The notes beneath the pieces were generated by a model, which ran no database searches, was not told the DNA's origin, and worked only from the letters and a program-made list of their open reading frames with translations. From assembly GCA_963555995.3 (NCBI GenBank), contig OY821641.1:3232001-3296000 (forward strand): a stretch of DNA of 64,000 bases, read 5' to 3'. This document shows, one piece after another, positions 36,983 to 48,388 of the stretch (position 1 is the first letter of the stretch; each line of letters starts with the position of its first letter). The translations under genes and the position numbers were made by a program. The stretch comes from Vicinamibacteria bacterium. GTDB lineage: Bacteria > Acidobacteriota > Vicinamibacteria > Marinacidobacterales > Marinacidobacteraceae.

Positions 36983-37309
36983 ATGAAACACCTCTCCCCC
37001 AAGAACCTCAAGGCGCGCTTCGCCACCGAGTGGCTCGAGGGCGGCGGGGCGGCGCGCGCCACCGCCGACGACCCGAACCCGCACTACCCGTCGGGCTGCA
37101 CCACCATCTTCTCGCCGGGCTGGGAGGTGGACTCCACCGGCGGTACCGCCGCGCTCTGCCAGCCGATGGAGCGGGACCTCTACGACTGCTACAAGACCTG
37201 CTACTGGCCCGCCCAGGTGCCCGATTACCTCAACAACAGCCCCGACTGGCACAAGAACTGTGCGGCCGCCGTGCAGGACTGGCGGGAGATTGACCTCGTC
37301 TTCCCCTGA
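36983..37309 (+). CDS. qhpC: QHNDH gamma subunit precursor (CTQ-bearing)
   Basis: MKHL.P.N.KA leader; GCTT.F.PGWE, LCQPME.DLY.C...C.WPAQVPD; GGAGG RBS. Confidence 0.95.
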   Translation: MKHLSPKNLKARFATEWLEGGGAARATADDPNPHYPSGCTTIFSPGWEVDSTGGTAALCQPMERDLYDCYKTCYWPAQVPDYLNNSPDWHKNCAAAVQDWREIDLVFP

Positions 37310-37355
37310 GGCGCCGTTCCTTCCTGGCTCCAACAACCACTCCGAGTTCCAGTCC

Positions 37356-38426
37356 ATGATCCGGCGGCTCTTCCTCGCGTCCGGGATCGCTCTGCTCGCC
37401 GCCGGGACCGCGGCCGGGCAGGACGCGGACCGGTTCCTGGCCGGCATTTGGCCGGACGAACTGATCACCTTCAACCAGGAGTCCCTGACGTTCGAAAAGG
37501 TCGGGAACCTGCGGCACGGCGCCGCCACCAACAACACCTGGACCGCCGACGGCCGCTATCTCGCCATCGTGACCGGCCGGATGGAGACGGTCGAGGTCTT
37601 CGACGCCGCCGAGATGGCGGTCGTGGACGACTTCCGGCTCAGCACGGTGGGCACCCGCATCCGCTTCATGAGCGCGACCCCGGGGCCGGGCGCCCGGCGG
37701 ATCTACCTGGTCCCGGTGGTGGTGGACCTCGAGCCGGACCGCTTCCTCCACAAGACGCCGTCGGAGATCTGGGTGTTCGACCGCGAAGCGCGCGAGGTCA
37801 CCCACCGGATCCCGCTGGGCGGCGCCGACGACTGGCGTCCCAACATCTACTTCAGCCCGGACGGCGCTTCGGTGTTCCTGGTGAACGACCAGATCGTGGA
37901 ACTCGACGCGGAGACGTTCGAGGAAACAGACCGGATCGAACTGGACCGGCCGCTCGCTCCCGGCTACGGCGGGGTGCGCGGGCACTCGCTCGACGAGGTG
38001 GAACCGGGCCGGCTCTTCGGGGTGTACCGGACCGTGGAACCCCGGCAGGGGATGGAGCTCTTCGGCCTGCTGGAGATCCGGCTGCCGGAGAAGACCTTCA
38101 GCCGTTACGAGGTGGGGCCCCAGATGCGGCTCGCGCGCTTCGCGCTCTCGCCGGACGGGAAGCGCGGCTACGCCGGCCTCAGCGACGCGGCGGTGATCGA
38201 CATGGAGAGCCGGCAGGTCATCCTCCGCAAGAAGGGCTTCGAGCGGGGCCGCACCAACATCTCGATGATCGTCTCGGCGGACGGCAAGCGCCTCTTCGTC
38301 TCGGGGGTCGGGGACACCATGTACGTGTACGACGCGGAGACGCTCGAGCCGGAGACCGAGATCTTCGCGGGCGGCGACTTCATGATCCCGCCGCAACCGA
38401 TCCGCTACCGGGCCACCGGCAACTGA
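37356..38426 (+). CDS. qhpB: QHNDH beta subunit-like beta-propeller
   Basis: Signal peptide; repeated S/T-P/A-DG-K/R propeller turns; follows qhpC; sequence divergent. Confidence 0.75.
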   Translation: MIRRLFLASGIALLAAGTAAGQDADRFLAGIWPDELITFNQESLTFEKVGNLRHGAATNNTWTADGRYLAIVTGRMETVEVFDAAEMAVVDDFRLSTVGTRIRFMSATPGPGARRIYLVPVVVDLEPDRFLHKTPSEIWVFDREAREVTHRIPLGGADDWRPNIYFSPDGASVFLVNDQIVELDAETFEETDRIELDRPLAPGYGGVRGHSLDEVEPGRLFGVYRTVEPRQGMELFGLLEIRLPEKTFSRYEVGPQMRLARFALSPDGKRGYAGLSDAAVIDMESRQVILRKKGFERGRTNISMIVSADGKRLFVSGVGDTMYVYDAETLEPETEIFAGGDFMIPPQPIRYRATGN

Positions 38427-38430
38427 GCAT

Positions 38431-38928
38431 GGGATCGCCGGTCTTCAGACCGGCACCGCCCGCGAAGCGGGCGCAACTCCCATGCGCGTCCCCTCCGACA
38501 CACCCCGCCCGGCACGAAAGTGCGGGCCGGGACGCTGAGGCCCAGGGCGGCGGGAACCGTTGGGAACGCCGGCTTCAGCCGGCACAGCCCGGCGAAGGCG
38601 GGCGGCGAGACGAATCTCATTCACCGGGACGGCCCGGCCGCGCGCGCCAAGGCGCCCGGGGTAGCAGCGAACCGCCTGCGGGCCGCGGTGCCGGCCGAGA
38701 CCGGCCCGGTTGCCGTGAAAATGCAGTTCCGGCGGCCCGCTGACCGTCTCAATGACGCCGCCGGCTTGGAGCGCCGGCTTCAGCCGGCACGCGCTGCGCG
38801 GAGCGCAGCAGGCGGCGCCGGGCTGACCTGCCCGAGGGCGTTTGGCTCGCGCCACATCGCCGCGCCAGAAAATACGACTTCGGCGAGCCTTCGGCTCGCG
38901 GCGCCGGCTGAAGCCGGCGCTCCAAGCC
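38431..38928. repeat. Composite REP cluster: single arm (38431-38456), beta-core unit reversed (about 38560-38706), alpha-core unit reversed (38762-38928)
   Basis: Five arms of the family with recognisable alpha and beta cores. Confidence 0.88.
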
Positions 38929-38989
38929 GCTGCTGCCACGACGGCCAGCGCGGCGGCGAACACCGGCACTCCGGTGATGGCTCTACGCC

Positions 38990-40678
<1,689 letters not shown>

Positions 40679-40695
40679 CGGCTCCCCCGACCCAA

Positions 40696-41442
40696 ATGCT
40701 GCGGATCGCGATCCTCGACACGGGGATCAACCCGGCGCACCGGCAGGTGGGGCCGGTGGCGGGCGGGGTCCGGGTGTCCTGGCGCGACGGCGGAGTTCGG
40801 CTGGCCGGGACCCGGAAGGATGACTGGACGGACGAGATCGGACACGGCACGGCGGTCGCGGCAACCGTGTCGGACGGACTGCCGCGCGACGGCTTCACGC
40901 TGCTCTCGGTGCGCGTCTTCGGCCGCCGGATGGACACCCCGCCGCAGTGCCTCGCGGCGGGAATCCGGTGGGCGGCCGAGGAGGGCGCCGACATCATCAA
41001 TCTGAGCGCCGGCGTCCCCGCCGGCACGGACCCGGCGGGCGAGCGCGACGTTCGCGCAGCGTGGACCGAAGCCGCGGCGACCGGCATCGCGCTGATCGCG
41101 CCGCGAGCGAGGCAGAACACCGTCCTCATCCCGGGTTCGCTCGCCACCGTCCCGGGTTCGATCGGCGTCGAGGCCGAACCGGAACTCGACTACGGCGAGC
41201 TGGCGCGGCGCGGACCGGTGCTGGTCGCCTCTCCCTGGGCGCGGCCCCTCCCACCGCTGCCCCGTGAGAAGAACTTCTCCGGGGTCAGCTTCGCCGTCGC
41301 CGCGGTCACGAACCGGGCGGCCCGGCTCGTGACGTCGGGGAAGGCCCGGCCGGGAACCGCGCTCGCCGCGGAACTCCTGGGCGCCGCCGGGCCGGATCAG
41401 GCCGCCGCGACGCCGCGCGGGCCGGAGACCGCCGATCGCTGA
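40696..41442 (+). CDS. qhpE: Small S8 subtilisin-like peptidase, QhpE-like leader peptidase
   Basis: IAILDTG, GHGT, FSGVSFA catalytic triad; no signal peptide; qhp context. Confidence 0.82.
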   Translation: MLRIAILDTGINPAHRQVGPVAGGVRVSWRDGGVRLAGTRKDDWTDEIGHGTAVAATVSDGLPRDGFTLLSVRVFGRRMDTPPQCLAAGIRWAAEEGADIINLSAGVPAGTDPAGERDVRAAWTEAAATGIALIAPRARQNTVLIPGSLATVPGSIGVEAEPELDYGELARRGPVLVASPWARPLPPLPREKNFSGVSFAVAAVTNRAARLVTSGKARPGTALAAELLGAAGPDQAAATPRGPETADR

Positions 41443-43610
41443 ATCCGGGCGCGCACCGACTTGAAGGCCGGCGTTCCCGACCGCCGGTCCACCCGGCGCG
41501 GCACGAGGGCGTTGGCTTCCGGGTAGTACATGGCCAGGTTTCCGGCGCGAATGTCCACGATGGCCACCACGACGTCGAGTTCGCCGGCGTCGGTCGTCAC
41601 CCGGACGGCGTCCCCTTCGTTCAGCCCCAGCCGGCCGGCGTCCGCCGCGGCCATCATCACGACATCGCGGCGGACGTTGCCCCGGTACGGATCTTCTTCT
41701 TCGTACACCACCGTGTTGAACTGACCCTCGGAGCGCAACGTCATCAGCCGGAAATCGCCGTCGTCCCCATCGAGGTCCGGCGCCGGAGTCACCTGGAAGC
41801 GCGCCCGGCCGTCGTCCGTCTCGAAGCGGGGTTCCGGGAAGGTCCGCCCCCGGACGCGGAACTCGCCGCCCTTCCCTTCGATCGCGCCGATGCCCTCGTA
41901 CCCCGGAACGGTGGCGGCCATCGCCGCGCGCAGCGCGCGATGGGAGCTGAGGGCCGTCCAGTCGAAACCGGCGTTCGGAAGGATCCGGCGGGCGAGCGAG
42001 GCGATGATGTCCACCTCGGATCGCATCTCCGAGCTCGCCGCCGGGTGTCCGCCGTCGGAGAGGCGCACGAAGTGGAACATGGACTCCTGGGTCGTCGCCT
42101 GCCGCTCCTCGTCCCGGGCGAGCGCCGGAAGGATCAGGGTGCGCTGCCCGCGGCCGTGGACGTGACCCTCGTTGAGCTTCGTGGACACGAAGACGGCGGT
42201 CGGGATGCGGCGCAGGCTGCGGGCCGCCCACGCCCGGTCGGGGTTGCTGCCGAACAGGTTCCCGCCCAGCAGGAACGCGGCCCGGATGCGGCCGTCGGCC
42301 GCCGCCTCCATCGAACGGAAGGTGTCCATCCCCGCGTGTTCCGCGGGAGCGATGCCGTAGAGCTCCCCGAGTTTCTCGGCGAACGCCCGCTTCAGCACCG
42401 GGGTCACCCCGACCGAGCCGACCCCCTGGACGTTCGAATGGCCCCGGATGGGCAGCAGGCCGGCGCCCGGACGGCCGAGCCAGCCGCGCGCGAGGGCCAG
42501 GTTGGAGAGCGCGAGCACGTTGTCCACGCCGTGGGCGTGGTGGGTGAGGCCCATCGCCCAGCAGAACACCCCCCGGCGGGCCCGAACGAGCATTTCGGCG
42601 GCGGCTTCCACCTCGGCGCGCCCGACCCCGCAGGCGTTCAGGAGCTCGTCCCAGGATGACGCTTCGAGATCGCCCGCGACCTCCCGCCAGCCGTTCGTGA
42701 AGCGCCCGACGTAGTCCTCGTCCACCCCGTTCCGCTCGCGGACCGCCTTCAGCAGCGCCTTGAAGAGCGCCACGTCCGAGCCCACGTGGGGTTGCAGATA
42801 GAGATCCGAGACCGTCGAACCGAAGAGCATGCTGCGCCAGTCCGAGGGGATCCGGAAGCGCACCAGCCCCAGCTCCCGCAGCGGGTTGACGATGATCACG
42901 CGGCCGCCGCGCCGCCGCAGCCGGACGAGCTGGGTGATCAGCCGGGGGTGGTTGCTCGCCGGATTCGCCCCTGCGATCAGCACCAGATCGGCCTTCTCCA
43001 GGTCGTCCAGCGCCACGGATCCGGAGCTCGTTCCGTAAACGCTCGCCAGGCCCACGCTGGAGGCGTTGTGGCAGTAGAAGGAGCAGTTGTGGATGTTCGC
43101 GGTCCCGTAGGCCCGGGCCACCAGTTGCATCAGGAAGGCGGCCTCGTTGCTCGACCGGCCCGAGGAATAGAAGAACACCTCGTCCGGCCGCGCGGCGCGG
43201 AACGCCTCCGCCGCGATCTCCAGCGCGGCATCCCAGCCGATCCGGCGGAATCCCTCGTCGCCGTCGTCCGCGAGCAGGGGAAAGGCGATCCGGCCCAGCC
43301 GGTCGAGTTCGGCGGAGGTCAAGGTCTCCAGCCGGCGAAAGGGCAGGCCGCGCAGCCCGGCTTCGGCAAGCGTCCCCTGCATGTCCCCGGCCTGCGCCTG
43401 GACGGACTTCTTGCAGACCTCCGGGAAATGACCGGCCTCGTTCACCATCCCGCCGCGCTGGCCGCCCATTCCGAGCGCGCAGGTCTTGCAGGCGTTCCGG
43501 CTGCGCATCCGGCGGTAGAACGCGACCGGGTTGCCGGCCGCAAAGGCCTTCCGGAAGGTGTAGGCGACGGCGGGCCAGCCGCCGGCGGCGGAAACGGTCG
43601 GTTCAGCCAC
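41397..43610 (-). CDS. FdhF/YdeP-family molybdopterin oxidoreductase
   Basis: CKTCALG, YSSGRSSNEAAF, NCSFYCH, PIRGHSNVQG, TLRSEGQFNT, SGTPAFKS. Confidence 0.92.
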   Translation of the reverse strand: MAEPTVSAAGGWPAVAYTFRKAFAAGNPVAFYRRMRSRNACKTCALGMGGQRGGMVNEAGHFPEVCKKSVQAQAGDMQGTLAEAGLRGLPFRRLETLTSAELDRLGRIAFPLLADDGDEGFRRIGWDAALEIAAEAFRAARPDEVFFYSSGRSSNEAAFLMQLVARAYGTANIHNCSFYCHNASSVGLASVYGTSSGSVALDDLEKADLVLIAGANPASNHPRLITQLVRLRRRGGRVIIVNPLRELGLVRFRIPSDWRSMLFGSTVSDLYLQPHVGSDVALFKALLKAVRERNGVDEDYVGRFTNGWREVAGDLEASSWDELLNACGVGRAEVEAAAEMLVRARRGVFCWAMGLTHHAHGVDNVLALSNLALARGWLGRPGAGLLPIRGHSNVQGVGSVGVTPVLKRAFAEKLGELYGIAPAEHAGMDTFRSMEAAADGRIRAAFLLGGNLFGSNPDRAWAARSLRRIPTAVFVSTKLNEGHVHGRGQRTLILPALARDEERQATTQESMFHFVRLSDGGHPAASSEMRSEVDIIASLARRILPNAGFDWTALSSHRALRAAMAATVPGYEGIGAIEGKGGEFRVRGRTFPEPRFETDDGRARFQVTPAPDLDGDDGDFRLMTLRSEGQFNTVVYEEEDPYRGNVRRDVVMMAAADAGRLGLNEGDAVRVTTDAGELDVVVAIVDIRAGNLAMYYPEANALVPRRVDRRSGTPAFKSVRARIQRSAVSGPRGVAAA

Positions 43611-44175
43611 CGCGGGGTCTGCCCGGAGGCCGGTTCCAGTGGACGAGCTCGTCCCACCCCTCGGGCACTGGCAGGATGCGCGCCGGGACCTTCTCGAACA
43701 GATGCTGCATCTTGAGGTCGCCGCGCCGTATCCGCTTCCGAAGCTCCTCCTTCAACGCCCCATGGTAAACGGCGAACAGCGGATGAAAGCGGTCGGACCG
43801 ATAGACGACGGCGCGGATGTCCGCTCGCCGCGCGTTCAGGAGTTCCCGCGCCCACGCGGTCCGGAACCCCACCTGGTCGCAGGCGGCGAGGAAGACCCAG
43901 GGCGCGGGCGCCGCGTCCTCGAGGGCGGTGAGCAGCCCGCCCATGGGACCCTTTCCCGCAATGGAGTCCGCGAGGGTCGGCAGCCCGAGATCGTCGTAGC
44001 TTCCGGGGGAACGCGCGACCACGCGGATCGTGGAAGCGATCCCTTCCAGGTCGCGCGCCACCCGCGCCAGCAGGGGCTGCCCATCCAGCAGCGCGCGCGC
44101 CTTGTCGCCGCCGAAGCGCCGGCTGCGGCCCCCCGCCAGGATATAGACGGGTACGCCCGCGTCTCCCGGACTCAA
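43603..44175 (-). CDS. mobA: Molybdenum cofactor guanylyltransferase
   Basis: ILAGGRSRRFGGDKA, GPMGG, ACD. Confidence 0.93.
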   Translation of the reverse strand: MSPGDAGVPVYILAGGRSRRFGGDKARALLDGQPLLARVARDLEGIASTIRVVARSPGSYDDLGLPTLADSIAGKGPMGGLLTALEDAAPAPWVFLAACDQVGFRTAWARELLNARRADIRAVVYRSDRFHPLFAVYHGALKEELRKRIRRGDLKMQHLFEKVPARILPVPEGWDELVHWNRPPGRPRGG

Positions 44176-44206
44176 CGGCTTCCCCGGGGATCCGGAGGCT
44201 CCCCCG

Positions 44207-45757
44207 TCAGTTCCCCGCGAGCGCGTTGCGGATGATGCCGTGGACCCGCGTGTTCTCCCCGATGCCGAGTACGCCGTCGGCCCCGGGGCCGTAGCCGAGG
44301 AGCAGCACCGGCTCCGAAGTGTGGCCGCCGGTGGACCAGACGACCTGCGTGTGGTTCGCGAGTTTTTCGGCGGCGAGCGCTACGGGGACGGTGAACGAGT
44401 CGAGGTAGTAGGTTGCATAGTCGCGCGGCGCGGGGTCTTCCGCGTTGAGTTGTTCCGCGAGATCGGCAGCCTCTTCGTCGGTAAGCCGGATCCCCGTCGC
44501 TTCCTCGATCACGGCGAGCACCGAATCCACGGTCGCCGGGGAGGAGATCTCCGGCATGGCCTCGATCAGGGAACGGCGCTGGGCGGCGAGCAGCTCCAGG
44601 TGCCGGTTCCCGGCCATCTCCGGGCCGGAGGAGTAGTCCGGGAACACCGTCTCCGGGAGGGGACCCGGCCCGCCGGGGCCGTAGGTGAACGAAAAGCCCC
44701 CGGTCCCATGATCGGCGGTCACCAGTACCAGGGTGTCCTCGCGAGCCCGTGCGAAGTCGAAACCGACCCCGACCGCTTCGTCGTAGTCCAGGATCTCGGC
44801 CAGCATCGCTCCCGCGTCGTTCTCGTGCCCGGCATAGTCAATCAGGCCGCCCTCGACCACGAGGAAGAAACCCTCTTCGTCTCCCTCGAGCGAGGCGATC
44901 GCGGCGCCGGTGAGTTCGGCAAGCGTCGGCACGGCGTCATCCAGTCCGTCCCACGACCGGTCGAGCACGTAGGGGAGGTGGCTCGCGGCGAAGACGCCGA
45001 CGAGACGCTCCGCGCCACGGGCCGCTTCCAGCCCGGCGCGGTCGCCGACGACGGTGAAGCCGCGCGCCGCCGCCTCGGCGATCAGGTCGCGGCCATCGCT
45101 GCGGTTCGAGGCGCCGTCGGTTCCCTCCGGCAGACCGGGCACGCTGTCCTTGACGTTCGTCCCCTGCGGGACCATCGCCCGGCCGCCTCCGCCGAGCAGC
45201 ACCTCGACCTCGGGTTCCGCGAACAACTGGTCGGCGAGTTCGGGCTCGGGCACGTAGCGCGACTTGGCGTGGACCTTGAAGGCGGCCGGGGTGGCGTGGG
45301 TCAGGCGCATGTTGGACACCAGGCCGGTGGCGAGGCCCCGCTCCTCGGCCCATTCCAGGACCGTCGGCAGAGGCTCGGCGGTTTCCGGGTCCACGCTGAG
45401 GGTCTCGGTGAGCACCCGCGCTCCCGTCGCCATCTGGGTGGCGGCGGCCGCGGAGTCGGTGGTGATCCGCGCGTAGGAGAAGGGAATCGCATAACCGGCG
45501 CTCCCCGCGTTCGCCAGTTCGGCCATCCGCAGCGGGCGGCCCTCGACCTCGGAGGCGTAGGCCAGCCCCAGCGCGAGCTGGTTCATCCCGAAGCCGTCCC
45601 CGATGAAGAGGATGACGTTCTTCGCCCGCTGCGGCTCCGGCGGCGCACACGCCGGCCCGGCCAGTCCGAAGACGAGGACGGTGAGCGAAAGGATCGCGGC
45701 GAAAGGACGCCGCGTGGGTTCTACTGGCCGGTCAGGGCCGCGTAGTTGTCCTTGCAA
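44207..45757 (-). CDS. phoA: Alkaline phosphatase (PhoA family), probable lipoprotein
   Basis: NVILFIGDG, TDSAAAAT (catalytic Ser), THATPA, VEGG.ID..GH, VTADH; start uncertain (TTG 45757). Confidence 0.88.
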   Translation of the reverse strand: MQGQLRGPDRPVEPTRRPFAAILSLTVLVFGLAGPACAPPEPQRAKNVILFIGDGFGMNQLALGLAYASEVEGRPLRMAELANAGSAGYAIPFSYARITTDSAAAATQMATGARVLTETLSVDPETAEPLPTVLEWAEERGLATGLVSNMRLTHATPAAFKVHAKSRYVPEPELADQLFAEPEVEVLLGGGGRAMVPQGTNVKDSVPGLPEGTDGASNRSDGRDLIAEAAARGFTVVGDRAGLEAARGAERLVGVFAASHLPYVLDRSWDGLDDAVPTLAELTGAAIASLEGDEEGFFLVVEGGLIDYAGHENDAGAMLAEILDYDEAVGVGFDFARAREDTLVLVTADHGTGGFSFTYGPGGPGPLPETVFPDYSSGPEMAGNRHLELLAAQRRSLIEAMPEISSPATVDSVLAVIEEATGIRLTDEEAADLAEQLNAEDPAPRDYATYYLDSFTVPVALAAEKLANHTQVVWSTGGHTSEPVLLLGYGPGADGVLGIGENTRVHGIIRNALAGN

Positions 45758-46251
45758 AACTCCTCCAGTTGCCCGGCCAGATGGCTGGCGGCGTTGCGCA
45801 GGCTGGGCCCGGTCTCCCGTTCGTCCAGCCCGGTCAGGTTCTGGCGCAGCGCTCCGGCGAGCGCCACCGCGTCCACGTAGTGGAACTCCACGATCTCGCT
45901 GCGCTCGACCAGCTCCACCCGGCCATTGATGATCAGCCGCTCGAGCTTGGGCAGCATCATCTGCGACGTCCGGTAGTTGATGACGCGCACCGTGATCGCC
46001 GCGTCCTCCGCGGTGTTCACGATGCGAAACCAGTTCCGCCGGCTGCGGACGCGGTCCTGAATCTCCCGGGCGGCAGTCTCCAGCCCTTCCCGCAGTTCCG
46101 GATCCTCCGGCTCGCTCGGATGCACGAAGACGCTGAAGGGCTCGGGAGGGCGGCGGGGCGCCTGGACGCCGGCCGAAGCTGCAAGACCGGTCAGAAGCAG
46201 GACTGCGGCGAACGCCGCCGGGCGCGGATGCCGGAATCGGTGGATGGTCAT
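45721..46251 (-). CDS. Secreted hypothetical protein, paralog P1 of a 4-gene array
   Basis: Signal peptide; shared PRRP.EPF.VFV, WFR.V..AE.A, VDAVA.AG, SLRNAASHLA..LE.FCK.NY. Confidence 0.85.
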   Translation of the reverse strand: MTIHRFRHPRPAAFAAVLLLTGLAASAGVQAPRRPPEPFSVFVHPSEPEDPELREGLETAAREIQDRVRSRRNWFRIVNTAEDAAITVRVINYRTSQMMLPKLERLIINGRVELVERSEIVEFHYVDAVALAGALRQNLTGLDERETGPSLRNAASHLAGQLEEFCKDNYAALTGQ

Positions 46252-46331
46252 GACGCCCTCCCCGGGGTGCGCGAAACCTTCGTGATCGGGTCCTCCTGCA
46301 CACCCTGCCAGGCATGAAAACGGCGGAGACC

Positions 46332-46500
46332 GCTGGGAGCGCCGGTCTTCAGACCGGCACCGCGGGCCGAAGGCCCGCAGATATCGTGTCGCAATTCGCA
46401 CTGATGAACCAGAAGCGGAACGCCACCGCGCCGGTCGGCGTCGTGCCGCGCGCTGCGCGGTGGCGCAGCGCGTGCCGGTCTGAAGACCGGCGCTCCCAGC
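46332..46500. repeat. REP doublet (core alpha, GGTCT/AGACC arms)
   Basis: gctgggagcgccggtcttcagaccggcac ... gtgccggtctgaagaccggcgctcccagc. Confidence 0.92.
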
Positions 46501-46686
46501 CAGCGGCGCAACCCGCGCTGGTGGACGTTTCGCTGAAACCGCATTCTCACCGCAAACCGAACCCGCGAGCCTCCCGCTCGGGAATCATCGCACGGAGGGC
46601 CGGAGCGCAGTTTCCGCGAGGCCATTGCGAAGAACCTCCGACCCGAACGAGCCGTCAGGCCCCGCTCGGGGGGCCGGTGATCCCGG

Positions 46687-47208
46687 CTACCGGGGCGTCG
46701 CCGGCTTCCGGTGCCCGCTGAGGGCGGCGTAGTTTTCCTTGCAGAACCGTTCCAGCTCTTCCGCCAGGTGGCTGGCGGCGTTCCGGAGGCTCGCTCGCAG
46801 GAGCGCGGGACGCTGGTCCAGGCCGGACAGTTTCTCGCGGGCCGTTCCCGCGATGGCAACGGCGTCCACGAAGACCAGCTCGACGGTGGGACCCTCGTAC
46901 CAGCCCCACTTGTGCGCGTGGGAATTGTGGTAGTTGACGATGCGCAGCACCACATCCGCCGCTTCCGCGGATTCGGCCAGTTGGAACCACTTCCGCCGCT
47001 CCACCCGCTCCCGAACCATCGGGACGGCTTCCTCGAGCCGCGCCTTCAACTCGGCATCGGCCGGATCGCCCGTCTGCACGAACACCCGAAACGGCTCCGG
47101 GGGACGCCGCGGCGCCTCGTCCTGCCCGCTGGCGGGATGACTGCCCAGCGTCGCGAGGAGAAGCGGGAGCGCCAGGGCCCAGGTTCGGGCCGAACCGTTC
47201 CGGATCAC
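46687..47208 (-). CDS. Secreted hypothetical protein, paralog P2
   Basis: Same motifs as P1; GTGA coupling to P3. Confidence 0.85.
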   Translation of the reverse strand: MIRNGSARTWALALPLLLATLGSHPASGQDEAPRRPPEPFRVFVQTGDPADAELKARLEEAVPMVRERVERRKWFQLAESAEAADVVLRIVNYHNSHAHKWGWYEGPTVELVFVDAVAIAGTAREKLSGLDQRPALLRASLRNAASHLAEELERFCKENYAALSGHRKPATPR

Positions 47209-47771
47209 CTTGGCGTCTCCCCGCGCTCCCGCTTCGCCTGCGCCCTTGCGCGGCTCACGGCGCCGTAGTTGTCCTTGGTGAACCGCTCCAGTTCTTCGGC
47301 CAGGTGACCGGCGGCGCTCCGGAGGCTCGGCCTCTCGTCAACGCACCGATGGTCCAGTCCCGAAAGCGCCGCCCGTGCGTCACCAGCCAGAGCGACCGCA
47401 TCCACGTAGTGATACCCCGTCGCCCAGCAGGTGAACATGGATTCGGTCTGGCCGCCGCGGACCGACAGGTTGAGGTTCGCCTGCCGATAGTGAGTGATCC
47501 GCAGCGTGATTTCGGCCGTCTCGGCGGAGTCCACCAGCCGGAACCACTTGTTGCGCCGCATCACGCGTTCCCGGACCATCGGCAACGCATCATCCAGGGT
47601 CGCCTGCACGGCGGCATCGGCGGCAGGGGTGGCATGGACGAAGACCCGAAACGGCTCAGAAGGACGCCGCGGCGCCTTGTCCTGCCCGGCGGCGGCAGCC
47701 GCCAGCGCGAGGAGCGCGATGGGCGGAAGAATCAGGCCCGCCATCCGGGCCGTGGTCCAACGCGAAGGCAT
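47205..47771 (-). CDS. Secreted hypothetical protein, paralog P3
   Basis: Same motifs as P1; start codon 3 bp after the P4 stop. Confidence 0.85.
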   Translation of the reverse strand: MPSRWTTARMAGLILPPIALLALAAAAAGQDKAPRRPSEPFRVFVHATPAADAAVQATLDDALPMVRERVMRRNKWFRLVDSAETAEITLRITHYRQANLNLSVRGGQTESMFTCWATGYHYVDAVALAGDARAALSGLDHRCVDERPSLRSAAGHLAEELERFTKDNYGAVSRARAQAKRERGETPR

Positions 47772-47774
47772 GGC

Positions 47775-48311
47775 TCAGCGGGACCCGCCGCCTGACTCCT
47801 GCGCGAACGCCTTGAGCCGGCGGACGAAGTCGGTGGCGGCGGACCGGAAACTGCCCGTCTCGGTCGCGCCGGTGCCGGAGGCCTGGAGGTGTTTCCGGTT
47901 GCCGTCCACCCGCACGACCGCGTCGAACGAAAAGAAATCGCTCCCCCGGGCTTCGAAGACGCGGTTCGGGGTGAATCCGGCGGGGCCGCCCACATGCCTC
48001 GGCTCGCCCGTGACGGCCTGCGCATCGAAGATCGTCACCCGAACGTCCGCTTCGTCGGCCGTCTCCACCACCCGGAACCGCTCGGGAAGGTCCACCAACT
48101 CGTCCGTGAGTGCGATCACCGCATTGGTGAGCCGGACGTCCAGATCGGCGTCCACCTCACCCGCCCGCGACACGAAGACCGAAAACGGCTCGGAAGATTG
48201 CGGCGGCGTTGTCTCGGCGCTCGGCATCGCCACCGCAACCGCCGCGACCGCAGCCAGAACGGCCAGGGCCGCCGCAAGACCCCAACCCCGAGGGGAAGAA
48301 GAGTTCCGCAT
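47775..48311 (-). CDS. Secreted hypothetical protein, divergent paralog P4
   Basis: Signal peptide; EPFSVFV, RFRVVETADEADVRVTI, FDAVV, SFRSAA; GAGGAGG RBS. Confidence 0.8.
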   Translation of the reverse strand: MRNSSSPRGWGLAAALAVLAAVAAVAVAMPSAETTPPQSSEPFSVFVSRAGEVDADLDVRLTNAVIALTDELVDLPERFRVVETADEADVRVTIFDAQAVTGEPRHVGGPAGFTPNRVFEARGSDFFSFDAVVRVDGNRKHLQASGTGATETGSFRSAATDFVRRLKAFAQESGGGSR

Positions 48312-48388
48312 ATCGCCCTCCTCGCAAGAGCCTGGGGCAAGCAAGGCCCATGCTACGGGTGCGCTCGCCGGCAGCGCAAAGGCGAACC

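Noticed and set aside
36983-37309. Novel RiPP precursor with rSAM, peptidase and exporter
   Set aside because: The sequence matches the QHNDH gamma subunit, with alpha and beta subunit genes adjacent
45721-48311. Diversity-generating retroelement or shufflon behind the paralog array
   Set aside because: No reverse transcriptase, template repeat or recombinase in the window; variation is indel-rich rather than adenine-specific
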